A stretch of 63,257 nt of DNA, filler included, from Reticulomyxa filosa (lineage: Eukaryota > Protista > Foraminifera): NCBI GenBank assembly GCA_000512085.1. It is 22 parts of 22 records of this genome, joined end to end, with 100 filler letters (N's around TTAATTAATTAA, not from the genome) between each part and the next. Parts side by side here need not be neighbours in the genome. Positions count along the whole stretch, not along the records: positions 21,338 to 27,644 come from ASPP01002252.1; positions 27,745 to 29,124 come from ASPP01004333.1; positions 29,225 to 30,929 come from ASPP01018375.1; positions 31,030 to 35,953 come from ASPP01012905.1; positions 36,054 to 37,693 come from ASPP01035262.1; positions 37,794 to 39,111 come from ASPP01018829.1; 16 more parts are not named here. One strand, given 5' to 3'. A program made the position numbers and the translations under genes. Under the pieces are notes generated by a model. It was not told where the DNA came from, made no database searches, and worked only from the letters and a program-made list of their open reading frames with translations. The number at the start of each line of letters is the position of its first letter. The stretch's first letter is position 1. Positions 27,246 to 39,111 of the stretch are shown here, in pieces.

Positions 27246-27744
27246 ACGTCGTGTAGAACTCTGCGATTGCAAGTTGAGCGTTCTTCTTTGGGGACTTCCC
27301 CGTTCGGTTTCTGCATGTCCCATTCGAGAGGTGCCAAGACCTGGTTGAAGAGTTAAACAGACGAACAGACGAGGTGGTCGAACAAATTCAAAAAGGGGGC
27401 CTGCAACTCATCGATATTAAATATATATTTGCAATTTTATAAATTTTATCTTCCTTTTTGTTTTGGGTTTGGTTGTTATTGTACTTAGTGAAACTGTATC
27501 GTAAAAAAGATGTTTTAAAAAATTAATTTTAAGCAAGTATTTGTAACTTTTATTATATTTATGACAAAAAAATCATAATTTTATATTTTTAGTCAAACTA
27601 TACATTTTTTTTAATTTAAAAAGACGACTTCCCCTTGTTAAAAANNNNNNNNNNNNNNNNNNNNNNNNNNNNNNNNNNNNNNNNNNNNTTAATTAATTAA
27701 NNNNNNNNNNNNNNNNNNNNNNNNNNNNNNNNNNNNNNNNNNNN

Positions 27745-27779
<35 letters not shown>

Positions 27780-29010
27780 AAAAGAGGAAACTTCATTTCG
27801 CATGTGACGCACAGGAGCGCCTCTGGTTGAAACGTCCAGGAATTCACTTCCGTTTGCACTATTGTTTTCGCGCTTATGTGTTTTTTTGCTTGTCTTTGTT
27901 CTGGACTTGAGCTGCTGTGTTGTAATGGCATTTTGCAATGCTTGCGATATCAGACGTCCTCTTTCTTCAATGGTCTCTGGTGTTACTCTCTTGTCCAAAT
28001 ACGGGTGATGATACGTTTTCAAGAACGAGCAGCGTTGTGATGGCGGACGAGCCTCGCCAGGACCTAAGCTCGGCTTGGCTTTGTATTCCATGGATATCCC
28101 CTCTTCACGTGCCACATCTTCGTCAATTTGTCTTGCTTCATTCCCAATGCTGCTTTCCTCATCGAAGCTAATATATTTACACATTGCAAACACAACATCA
28201 ATAGACGATGCTCTTCTCTCTTTCTTTCGTTTCTATACCTGCTGGGTGACATTGCCCGATTTGTATTTTCCATCGGTACGGAAAGATGTGCCAAAGGTGC
28301 AATGTTTGGAAATTCACCAAACGAGTCTTCTTCGTCATCCAAATCGAGTTCCATTTCTTCTTCTATTTCATTGTTGACAAAAAAAAAAATAAAATTTATG
28401 AGGTTACAACCCTATATTATTTTATACTTTTTCCCCCCCCCCCCCACCTTTTTTTCTACTCATCCTTACCGTCAATTGTATTTCGATTTTGCTGTTGGAA
28501 TAGTGTAGGACCTTTGCGTTGCAGTTCAGCAGATTCATTTGTGTTTTGAGATGCAACAATATTTTCAGAAACAGCTGCAGTTTTGGTGACGCCAGAAGCA
28601 GTGGAATGGAAGTGATTTGGTGGTTGTACATTGGCAACACTTTTGTTTTTACCATTCTTTTCGATCTGAGTGGTCGTGTTGGTGTCCATTTTTCCATATC
28701 TGGTTTTAATATTAATGTTATTGTTATTGTTATTGTTATTGTTGCTGTTCTCATGACTATCATTTCCTTTTGTTTTCTCTACAGGACGCTCAATCTCTTC
28801 ATCAACTAGCATTTCGTCGTCTATTTGTCCACACATTCCATTTCAAAAAAAAAAAACAACAACAAAACGACGTATACTTCAATCTGGCGTTTTTGGACAC
28901 GAGACTTTTTTTGTGCTGTCGTTAATATTCTTTTTCTTTTTTTTTTCCCAAATGTACTCCTTCGGTTTGCAAAAATTGAAACCCACCAAATTTTTAATCC
29001 CTTCCCGTCT
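27780..29010 (-). CDS. Hypothetical low-complexity protein, multi-exon fragment
   Basis: Consecutive minus-strand exon-like ORFs (28456-28836 with poly-N, 28064-28354, 27774-28193) separated by homopolymer-rich introns. No recognised domain. Confidence 0.45.
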
Positions 29011-29073
29011 ACTTAACAAGACCTTTTATTCTTTGTTTTTTCTTAACTCATTTGAACAGTGTCAGCAGACCCA

Positions 29074-29108
<35 letters not shown>

Positions 29109-29224
29109 GTTAGTAATTAAATTTNNNNNNNNNNNNNNNNNNNNNNNNNNNNNNNNNNNNNNNNNNNNTTAATTAATTAANNNNNNNNNNNNNNNNNNNN
29201 NNNNNNNNNNNNNNNNNNNNNNNN

Positions 29225-30107
29225 AAGCGTTTGGCGGTTATGGCCGGGTGCCGGAAAGCAGCCTGTTTACCCATAGCCATAATCTGGTTACCCAGTTGTT
29301 GGCCGAAACCGGGGTGCCAGCCACCTTGCTGGCTGCCGCGATCGTAAGCTATTGCCTGTGGCCGTACCTGAAGCGCGAGCATGCCACGCCGGAGAATGCC
29401 TTCCTGCTAGGCATGGCGGCAGTGACGCTGGGGCATTCGATGCTGGAGTACCCGCTGTGGTACCTGCCGTTCAGCTTCGCCTTTTTTACCATCCTCGCCT
29501 TGTCGCCACGGCCGCCGGTGACGCTGGCTTTACGGGCATCGATGCGCCGTATCGGGGCGCTGGTGTTCGGCGTGGCAGGTTTGCTGTATGTGGTGCACGG
29601 CGCTAGTGTGTTTGGCTTGTTGACCGAAAGCCAGCAACCCTCACGCGACGCCAAGGTGAATGAGCAGCGGATCGAACAATTGATTGCCTTGTCGGCCAAT
29701 CCGTTCTGGCGGTTTGAGTCCGAACTGGTGCTCAGCAATTACCGCTACCCACGCCGCAGCAACTAGAGATCAAATTGCAGCACCACGAAGCGCTGGTAGC
29801 GTACCGGCCATATCCAACCTTGTTGTGCAAGACGGCCATCATGCAGCAGTGGGCTGGCAAGCCGCAGGCTGCCGAAGACAATTTGCGCATGCTGAGGGCA
29901 GCGTATCCTGGTACGGTGAGCATCTGTGCGTTGATGATTGCCTCGCGTAACGACGTCCGTTTGCAAGGCTTGTTGGCTACCGCTTCGCGTGCGGCGCTTA
30001 CTTTGCAGAAAGAGGGCGAGGCGGCTGTTGCCAGGCAAGCGGTAGCGGGGGGTGTCGTTGCGGCCACCGCGCTTGCCGCAACTGCCCGACTAGGGCTTTG
30101 CCGGTAG
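29225..30107 (+). CDS. Bacterial PglL-type O-oligosaccharyltransferase (Wzy_C family), C-terminal part; frameshift about 29745
   Basis: FTHSHNLVTQLLAETG (Wzy_C His motif) and HSMLEYPLWYLPF, with hydrophobic TM segments. GC-rich and intronless. Confidence 0.85.
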
Positions 30108-30159
30108 CCGGGAGGATCGGCTATCCTTGCCGCTTTGCTTTTCAGGTCGGGTACTGCCG

Positions 30160-30929
30160 ATGCATGCGCCTTCACTCAACGCCTCAACCCGTCTTACCAT
30201 CGCCGCCGGCTTGCTGGCGGCGATTACCATTTTTCCGTTTTTATCCCGCTTCCATTTCCTGCCGTTGCCGCAATGGTGGGGCGAGATCACCGTGGTGGTG
30301 CTCGCGTCGGTAGCCATGCTGTGTTTGCCGCAGCAACGCATCAGTTGGCCGCGCAGCAGCCAGTGGCTGCTCTGGCTGGCGCTGGTGTGGGCGGTACAGC
30401 CGTGGTTTGTGCCGCTTTACTTTCCCGGCTTGAACCAGGCAACCGCGCTGGCGTTTGTAGCGTTGTCGGTGCTGGCGTTGGCGGTGTCGCGCTGGCGGCT
30501 GGCCGTGGGTAGCGAGGCCGTGGTCAGCGTGCTGGCCAAGGCGTTGCTGATTGGTACCCTGTTGCAGTCGCTGATTGGTCTGGCACAAGTGACCGGCCTG
30601 GCCGAAGCCATGGGCGGGGTGTTGTTCTATGACAGCAGCCACCCTACCACCAACGTGTTCGGCCACATCGGGCAACGTAACCAGTACGCGCATTACCTGA
30701 CCTGGGGGGTGATCGCCGGGGTATGGCTGCTGGCTAGCGGGCAGATCGCGCGGCGTTGGGGCTGGGCTGCCATTGCCTGGCTGGCGCTGTCGATTGCCTT
30801 CGCCGGTTCGCGTACCGTTTTGCTGTACACCGTGGCCATGTTGCTGCTGGCGGGGGCTGGCACTGGCGCATTCGCCAAGCGTTGAGCTGGCGCTTGTTCA
30901 AAGTAATGGCGCTGGCCGTGGTGTTGATG
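30160..30929 (+). CDS. Second bacterial PglL-type O-oligosaccharyltransferase, N-terminal part; frameshift about 30860
   Basis: PFLSRFHFLPLPQWWGE, LLQSLIGLAQ, VFGHIGQRNQYAHYL (PglL_A-type G..GQ.N motif) and AGSRT. Multi-TM. Confidence 0.85.
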
Positions 30930-31099
30930 NNNNNNNNNNNNNNNNNNNNNNNNNNNNNNNNNNNNNNNNNNNNTTAATTAATTAANNNNNNNNNNNNNNN
31001 NNNNNNNNNNNNNNNNNNNNNNNNNNNNNTTTTTTTTTTTTCTTATCTTTCCTTTGTATGTCTTTATTACACGCACACTTTATATTGATTTATTTACAT

Positions 31100-31840
31100 G
31101 TCTTTATTCTTGGAACAGTTACAACACACTCAACTGGAGGACAGCAATGTACGAAACTGATGTGGATCCTTTCTCCCAATAACGTGTATCCAAACATAAA
31201 AGAAGGGGATGACGATTGCGATGATCAAATGAGCAGAATTTTATTTCCAATTTTGCATCCACAAAAATCAAAATATCAACACAAATTAGTCAAATGGTTC
31301 CCTTTAAAGTTTGAAGAATGGTTCAACGTGAGAGATTGCGTGGAGTGGTCGTTGGATATTGCTTTGCGAGGGGACAACGTGAACAACAATACCAAAGACC
31401 CAAAACAAACACAAGTGTACCTTGTTGTTGGCCTTTCTACTGGCAATGTCATATTGTATCAAAGTTCGATCATGGAAATGCTTGTAAGAGGTAGCAAAAA
31501 CGCTGCAAAATTTGAAGGGCAGATCGTTTCTCGAACATACCCGCCCATGTTGGACGCTCTTCCACAAAATCAGAAAATCTGTTTAGGTGGTCCGTTTGTT
31601 GGAGTATCACAATCATCGCCGACGAAAACGAAACTGACTGAGAATAAAACTAATGATCATCTACAATTTAATCCTTGTACTATCGACACTAAAAATTTGC
31701 CGTTTTTTGACCAATGGATCAGTGTCCGAAAAGTCAAAATTAACAAATGCTGTCAACAGTATTTGGAAATTGCAAGCGGGGGAAACAATGGAATTTTGAG
31801 ATTACAAACGTTTGATCTTCATACCAACGTAATCACATAA
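31100..31840 (+). CDS. Hypothetical protein, C-terminal fragment, possibly beta-propeller
   Basis: Long open frame with WD-like strands (YLVVGLSTGNVILY, IASGGNNGILRLQ). Confidence 0.5.
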   Translation, partial: VFILGTVTTHSTGGQQCTKLMWILSPNNVYPNIKEGDDDCDDQMSRILFPILHPQKSKYQHKLVKWFPLKFEEWFNVRDCVEWSLDIALRGDNVNNNTKDPKQTQVYLVVGLSTGNVILYQSSIMEMLVRGSKNAAKFEGQIVSRTYPPMLDALPQNQKICLGGPFVGVSQSSPTKTKLTENKTNDHLQFNPCTIDTKNLPFFDQWISVRKVKINKCCQQYLEIASGGNNGILRLQTFDLHTNVIT

Positions 31841-32396
31841 ATTTCTGTTTAATCAATTCTTGATTTTTTAAAAAATAATCAACAGTAATTTAATATTCGC
31901 ATTCTTTATGCAACTGAAGTAAATTAAAAAATCTTCCCAATATCATTACTGTATCATTCAGTAAGTTTATATCATTCTTAAGGAAAATGGTAAGGATTAG
32001 TATCAAAATTGAGTGTTATGGACGCAATCAAAGAGTACGATGACAAGTTAGTTTGAACTATTTATCATATTGAGGACGACACAAAAAAAAATTTGCTGAT
32101 GTGCCAACATCTTAAAGCAATTGAAAGAATACACATGATTTCAAGAACAAATAAACAAAAAAACAAAACAGAAAAACAGCAAAAACTATAAAAAAACATG
32201 TTTATGTGTCATCGAATTTTTACTTTAAAACGGTATACAATTTAGTCTATTCTTTTATTTGCAGTAATGATCAAAATACGTGATAATTTTGAAAAACACA
32301 ACAAAACAAAGAGGAAAAACACTCAAAAATTTTCTAGCCTTTCAAAATGGAAAAAAAAAACAAAAAACATACAAATAGGTGGAACTTGATTTAGTC

Positions 32397-35046
32397 CTAG
32401 GTTGTAGAATTTTCATTAAGTATAGCACTTTTTTCATTTTCTTGAGGTACAGCGGGACGTATGACATCCGATGGTGCATCCTTTATTTGTATAGAGTGAC
32501 AAAGCTTAACCTCCACATTTTTTTTTAAGAGAAAAGCAAAGCAATTAAATTGACAATTAACTGTGTTGTTATTTAGTATATCTCCGGGAGTGGTTATATG
32601 GGAAGATTGACCACCGATTGAAGTAACCATCATTTGATCGGATTTTGGAAGAGTGATTTGATCTCCAACTTTTTGATCGGCACCAACAGTATGTGGGGAA
32701 TTTTCAGAAGCAAGTGTGCGTGGGGTAGTGTTATTACCTCCTGTAAGCCAATTTTTCCATAGCGACGAGAGTCCATCTGATAATGGACGATCTGTAGGCA
32801 TTTTAAAATCACTGGGCACGGACAACAAAGCCTCTCGTACGTAAGAAGGAGTATTTTCTCTGTTTTCATCGATGCCAATATGTTCGATATCTCCTTCCGC
32901 TGTGGCTATCGGACTTAATGCTCTAACTGACGATGCTTAATAAATTCAGGAAGAGCCAAGAAGCAAGGGGATAAAAGGGAGGGGAGAGAAGGAAAAAAAA
33001 AAAAAAAAAGAAAACCTCTGCACAAGTTATATCTTACGTATGCACAAAAAAGTGTAAAGGAAAGTACAAGTCAACTTTTTTTCTGGCTTAAGGCATCAAA
33101 TTTTTTTTGGCATACTTCTCGGAATTGTTGTTTCGCCTTGGCAACATGTTCATCTTCAATGGAAGCTTGAAGCCAGGATTCGACGCCACGGGGCTGTGTA
33201 TATCCAACGACAGTGGGCAATTTGCTATGGAGTCGCACTCGCAAAGTGCACGGTTTGGAAATAACCCAAGCTTCCCCATCGATTTGCAAAGCAATGGGAG
33301 CTTTTTTCACTCGAATGGACACATCACTGCTTTGAGCAACTCGGTGCGCATGTGACACATTGGCCTTTTGTTGTAATAAGTCGTGCACTCCTCGTGAAAC
33401 CATTACTTCAATCTTGCCATCATCGAGTCGAGGATATGTCCATTCTTGCAGTTCATCTTTGCGAGATTTCCCACTTCCCTATTTTTTTTAAAGATAAAAA
33501 AAAAAAAAAATATATACATATATGTACGTATATCATGCAACTGCTTTATTTGTATTAATAGAAGAAAACACTAACCCAAAAAAAAACTCCATTTGCGGCG
33601 GAGTTGATATTGACAAGCTTGAAAGACCGACAGCTTGATGGCAAAATAACTTTTTTCCCTTCTATTTCGACATCAATCATATCGTTTATTGGCTCACTCG
33701 GTTTGAAAAACTCGGTAAATCCATGCTTAACATACATTATTTGGTTTTTCAATTGCGAATTAAATCTCTCCGGATGTACTCGGCGTTCACACGCAAATTT
33801 GTGAGCCACCAGTGCATCATATCCTAACGATAGATAGCATACCTTTATATATTTCGATATTACGTATACATATGATTTATGTATGTATATATTATATGCA
33901 TATACATACATATATCTTTTTTTTTTTTTTTTTTTAAAAGAAAAGAATAAATGAAAAGAAGAGCTAAACAATCACAATAAAGACAAAACAAAAGATTTGG
34001 GCAATGGTGGTGAAAAAGTTTGATTAATAAAGGTTTCCAATTCTTTTGGCCATGCTCGGACGTAATCGGGTATGGAAGTGTAGTGGTGAGGACGATCGTG
34101 TCCATCTTGACTGGCTTTTTTGCTATCCACATGTACGCTATTGACACCTTCACTATCTTGTGGCTCTTCGTCTTTAATCTTATCGTTTTCGTTTTCTTTT
34201 TCCTTATCTTTATCTTTATCTTTGTCTATGTCTTGAGTTGGCAACAAATGGTCGAATGAATAGTCCACATGCCAACGATCCACATTGCTCCATCGCTTGG
34301 TGATTTTACTGCAAAACTGGATATCTGCCATGATGTTCGGCAAACCTTTACAATTGGGTTCCAGGTTGCCCCATCCCAAGGAACGAGTGAAATCATTGCC
34401 TGTTCCCAACGGCAAACTGCAGATACAAGGATATGGGATCTTTATTTCCTACGTATACAAGCAAGCCAAACAGGCAAATAAATGTGCAAGTTTCTCAGTC
34501 AGCTAGTTTTTTTTCTTTTAAAACACACACAAAAAAAAAAAAAAGCTTAAATACCTTTTCATTGGCAGCATTCTCAGTGTCACTAATGGCTTTGTCAATA
34601 AGTGAGCAACCCCAGCCGATGCTGCCATCTCCACCACAAATGACAACAACGCATCGATTTCGATATTCATCCAGCGCTTTTTATTTATTTATTTGTTTGT
34701 TTCCAATATGTTTGAATACATGCATAAATCAATGAATAGAAACATATACATATATAATATGTTATACATTTAGCCAAGGCCTTTTGGGCTTCTGGTTGTT
34801 TGGCGACTTCGAGCATGTTGAAAACCAAAGCGCCATATTTGGCCACTTCTTGGGCGAGCAATTGTCCCTTTTGTCCTCCGGACTTCATATTTACCAAGAA
34901 GATGAATTGGTCTTGTTTTTGGTCTTCGAACAGATCGAATGATTTTTTCCTCTTGCCTTTGCTCACGCTCCTTTCGATTGTCGTGTCCACGACATTGTTA
35001 TTATCCAAGCACGATATTCCTTCCTCGGGGAGATGAGTAGCAGCAA

Positions 35047-35079
<33 letters not shown>

Positions 35080-35900
35080 CAATTGCAATAGTAGTATGAT
35101 TATTTCCATGTGATGACAATTGCTCTTGATCAGGCACATTGTTGTTGGACTCTGTTTCTCCGTGCTTGCATTCGTGCGCATTGTCGGGTTGTTTGCTCAC
35201 ATGGAGATACACTCGTGGAGAGAGAGGCGTCAACGGAGTACTGGGCGAGGAACGAGAAAGGGAAAGGGAAGGAGAAGAAGCTCTCTCCTCGTCGTCAACG
35301 TCGGCATCATCAGCATCATTTTCTCCTCCTCGTTGTCGATCACGACGATACCTCAGTTGAGGTATGTCAACGCAAGATATGGACCTCATCGTCGCTGTTG
35401 GTGGCGATGTGTGATCAGTTGCAAAGGTTGGATTAGTAGACAATCCATTGTCATTGTTACCATTATCATTATCATTATCATTATCATTATCATTATCATT
35501 ATCATTATCATTGATATTGTGTTCATTATTGTCTAATGTCCACACGATTTGATCCATTTCCTCGAGAATCTCATCCGTCAATCTTGCAATGGAGGACTGG
35601 CTGGCCTGGACGTCTGGTGTGCGACTCTGCACGTGACTGGGGTCTTCTGTTCCGCCGGCCGGTCAAGATGTGGCGACTTGCTTTTGCACTGCGTGAGTCG
35701 TGCGTGAGTCGTCGCAGATGCGCCTATCCTTCGGCGCAAAGGCACGTTGAGACGATTGGACCTGTCTTGTGAGGAAGAGGAATCGCCGCCCTTGCCATCA
35801 CGACCCACCGCATGTCGTGATTCCACCAACATACTGTCACTATGATAGCAGGAATCGTCCATATCTCCTCTCCTTTCTTCAATTAGCTTTAATGTATTTG
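32397..35900 (-). CDS. Diacylglycerol kinase with long low-complexity N-terminus, multi-exon
   Basis: DAGK catalytic motifs FLVNMKSGGQKG, VICGGDGSIGWG and LPLGTGNDFTRSLGWG. Accessory domain motifs YLSLGYDALVAHKF, NINSAANG, DDGKIEV and ALQIDGEAW. The tail exon(s) at about 32935-32397 are inferred by a phase-1 splice. Confidence 0.88.
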
Positions 35901-36053
35901 CATTGATATCAATATTAGTATTAGTATTGATATTGGTATTGATATTGGTATTGNNNNNNNNNNNNNNNNNNNNNNNNNNNNNNNNNNNNNNNNNNNNTTA
36001 ATTAATTAANNNNNNNNNNNNNNNNNNNNNNNNNNNNNNNNNNNNNNNNNNNN

Positions 36054-36474
36054 CCAATGATAAATGAATTGAAGCCAATTACGTTGCCTTTTTTGGTGCC
36101 AAATATATCCAACAATCGCCCTCCAGTAATTTTACTCAAATTGAAATAGTCTAAAACTACTTCATTTGTCGTGATATTACTTGGAGCTCTGTAAACAGTT
36201 ATTCAACCATGAATATACGTACACATTGCAAACATAACTTGTACAAAAAAAGTAGCATATTCCTCTATCAAAAAAAAATATGTATGTGTAATAGTAGTAA
36301 ATGGACATATGCTGCGATAATAGTACTCACTCACCTCTTGATTGGATCTCGATTCATTGGTTCTTTTTTGTTTGCACTCTGTTCTTCTTTTGCACTGCCC
36401 TCCGAGTTCGCTTGCCTTTGTCTGCTGGTTGTTGCATGGGCAATTTCACTCGCATCTTCATGTGCCTTGCACAT
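36054..36474 (-). CDS. Possible EF-hand (calcineurin-B/NCS-like) protein, 3' partial
   Basis: Exon MCKAHED...DPIKR|gtgagt, then RLLDIFGTKKGNVIGFNSFIIG, which resembles a degenerate EF-hand. Confidence 0.35.
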
Positions 36475-36697
36475 TATCCACTCTCTCAAATTGGATTTCA
36501 GTTAATAACAACGAGGAACAAATCTGGAGCGCTTGAAGGTTTGAAGATCAAAAAAGGTACTTTTTCCAACTTCGGTTTTGTTCAGTAAATATTTTTAATA
36601 TTTTTTGTATTGATTGTTGAGATAGTACTTTAAAATTTTCTTTCAGTATATAGAAATTATAAATATTTAGTGAACAGTTTTCAAAAATAAAATTGAC

Positions 36698-37372
36698 ATG
36701 AGCAGCAACGAAAATACAAAGATAAAGGACCCCTTTTACGTGTTGACGTCACAAAAAAAGTACGTACCTGAGGATTACCAAGATTTTTGTTTTTTACACA
36801 TGAGAACGGAAGTAGCAGTAGAATACTCGTTAGAAGTTCCTGTTCAGGCTACGGATGACGCGCAGCTGCTTTTTCCTGCAGAGAGAGTTGTCTCTGGTGA
36901 TCGAAAGTGTCAATTTCTGAACTAATGCACAGACCAGAAAATCCTGCCAGAGATGTTTCGTTTATTTTTTTTTTTTTTTTGCAATTAAAAGGAGTATCTA
37001 AACAACAAACTAGCAAAAAAAAAAACTTTGGACTTTATGTTGGACACGTTTGAAAAATATAGAAAAAGTTATCAAATGCCAGAGTTGTTCAATCACAACC
37101 ATCTAACCACCCAGTTAAAAAAATGTCTTTACAAAAAAAAAAAATAATGAGCCACATAATGTGTTTTCCTTATATTAATTAGAGGGTATAAAAAAAACTC
37201 AACAGCGGCAGAAGTGCCGACATATGTGAAAACAATGATGCACGCAAACGAGGAATATCCACTGACAGACAACATTGAGGTGAAATTTGAACTAGAGAAA
37301 GAGGAATGGCACAATCGGAAGAGGAATATATTGGAATAGAACAAGAAGAATATGGCCAGTCGAATCGTTTAA
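36698..37372 (+). CDS. Hypothetical protein, possibly disrupted
   Basis: ATG-initiated ORF 36698-36925 and further coding-like segments to about 37370. No recognised domain. Confidence 0.3.
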
Positions 37373-37849
37373 TTAATCACAACAACAATGACAATGATAA
37401 CAATAAGTATGGCCTATTATAATATCAATAAAAATTAGAACAATTTTTACCTGAGCGATTTGGAATTACAACACACTCGCTCGAATCAGTCATTTGCAAT
37501 TGGAGTACTTCCGAATGTACAACACAAGGTACACATTAACTTGAATAAAAACGTCGATACCTAATGCAAACATCAAACATGAGACGATCGACTCAAGTGC
37601 CGACGTATGGCTTCAACCAACATATTACCTGCAGCTGCTCTTGCAATTTCCACATGAAAATGTAGTAACTTACTTACATTTTTGATTCTCACANNNNNNN
37701 NNNNNNNNNNNNNNNNNNNNNNNNNNNNNNNNNNNNNTTAATTAATTAANNNNNNNNNNNNNNNNNNNNNNNNNNNNNNNNNNNNNNNNNNNNGTATAAA
37801 TAATGGATGTTAATACTCTACAAAATAAAACACTTATTTCTCATACAAA

Positions 37850-38270
37850 GTTTAAAAGGTGTTAATGGGATTGAATTTTCACCATTTAATTGTGATAGAC
37901 ATTTGTGTTCTGGATCTGGTGATAGTACTACTCGTTTATGGGATGTTGAAACATCAAAATCATTACATGTTCTCAATGGACATACAGCTCATGTTTGGTG
38001 TGTTGATATTTTCCCATTACAAAGCAATAACAAAAATGATAATAATAATGAATAATATTGGTTTGATTGATGGAAATGGATATACAATTTGTTCTAGATC
38101 ATGTGATAATACAGTTCGTTTTTGGGATATTCGATTAAACAGGAATCAATTTTGTGTGATCAAAGGAGATGATGGAGGAATAATTTTTTTGAAGTCTTTA
38201 CAATTAAAAAAGAATGAAAAGAAGAGAAAAATCAACTGTGGTGTGTTATTTAAATTCAAATACTTAAGCT
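37850..38270 (+). pseudogene. Internally deleted WD40 paralog
   Basis: IEFSPFNCDRHLCSGSGDSTTRLWDVETSKSLHVLNGH is joined directly to the last repeat TVRFWDIR. Frameshift near 38050. Confidence 0.8.
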
Positions 38271-39094
38271 TAAACAAACAAATTACATTAGTGTCAAAAT
38301 AAAATCGAACAAATTTCTTATCAATTTCTTTGAAATCTTTGATAAGTTTTAAAAAAGTTGGACTTATAAAATCGATAAAAATGGACTCGTTCTGTTGAAT
38401 TTAGGTACAATTAAAAATAGATTTGATTAGTGGATGCATCCAACGATAAAGTGCTACTGTCTGAATATTGTATATATTTGCTTTTGTAATAAGTGCTTGT
38501 TCAAATGCTATTCAATTGTATGCTTATTCATATGGAAATTTCAATTGTTTTGAGAGTAAATTTATCAATTCTGAGTGACTGGAAATATGTGGTGATTATT
38601 CATTCAATACATTTGATTTACTATCACCTTTTACTTTGTTTGTACTTCCACACATTGTACATTTGTTAGAATTGTATGATATAATTAATGCTTTACAATC
38701 AGGAACAAATTTTTCTCACAAAAAAAAAACCTAATTTATTATTATCACTACAACATAAATAATACTTTATTTGCAATCGCTGTCTCTAATTTGGCTACAC
38801 GTTTAAATAGCCTTTTAACTGTTCTCTATTTTGACCAATATTTAAACCATTCCATTAAAAATATGAAACTAAATATAAATGCATCAAATCATTCTCATTT
38901 GTTGGATGAGACATATTCAATAAAAATGTTTTCAACCATTAATTATTTATTCTTACCAAAATAGATGCTGATGTTTTACATAAACTAAAACAAATACAAC
39001 GATCTTTATGACTAACGACCAAATTCAACAAATTTAAAATCAAAAAATAACGAACAAATAAAAGGAAAAATAAAAAAGTAAAACCATGAGCCAG

Positions 39095-39111
39095 GCGGCA
39101 CGGAGTGCCGC
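39095..39111. repeat. GC hairpin GCGGCAC-GGA-GTGCCGC at contig end
   Basis: Perfect 7-bp stem preceded by an A-rich tract. Shares GGCGGCAC/GTGCCGC with the core of the 244-305 palindrome. Confidence 0.6.

Noticed and set aside
29740-30870. Programmed frameshifting or phase variation in the O-OTase genes
   Set aside because: Single-base shifts in what is likely a low-coverage contaminant contig, one at a short G-run, are more simply explained as sequencing errors.
29125-31029. Horizontal gene transfer or a genomic island of bacterial genes in the protist
   Set aside because: The bacterial sequence is bounded by linkers on both sides, and no junction with host DNA is visible.
35452-35520. (CATTAT)n and other microsatellites, including (ATTGT)n at about 2228, (AT)n in introns and the cacaaatacaaa repeat at about 42270
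   Set aside because: Ordinary low-complexity DNA encoding ND repeats or lying in introns. There is no spacer structure.
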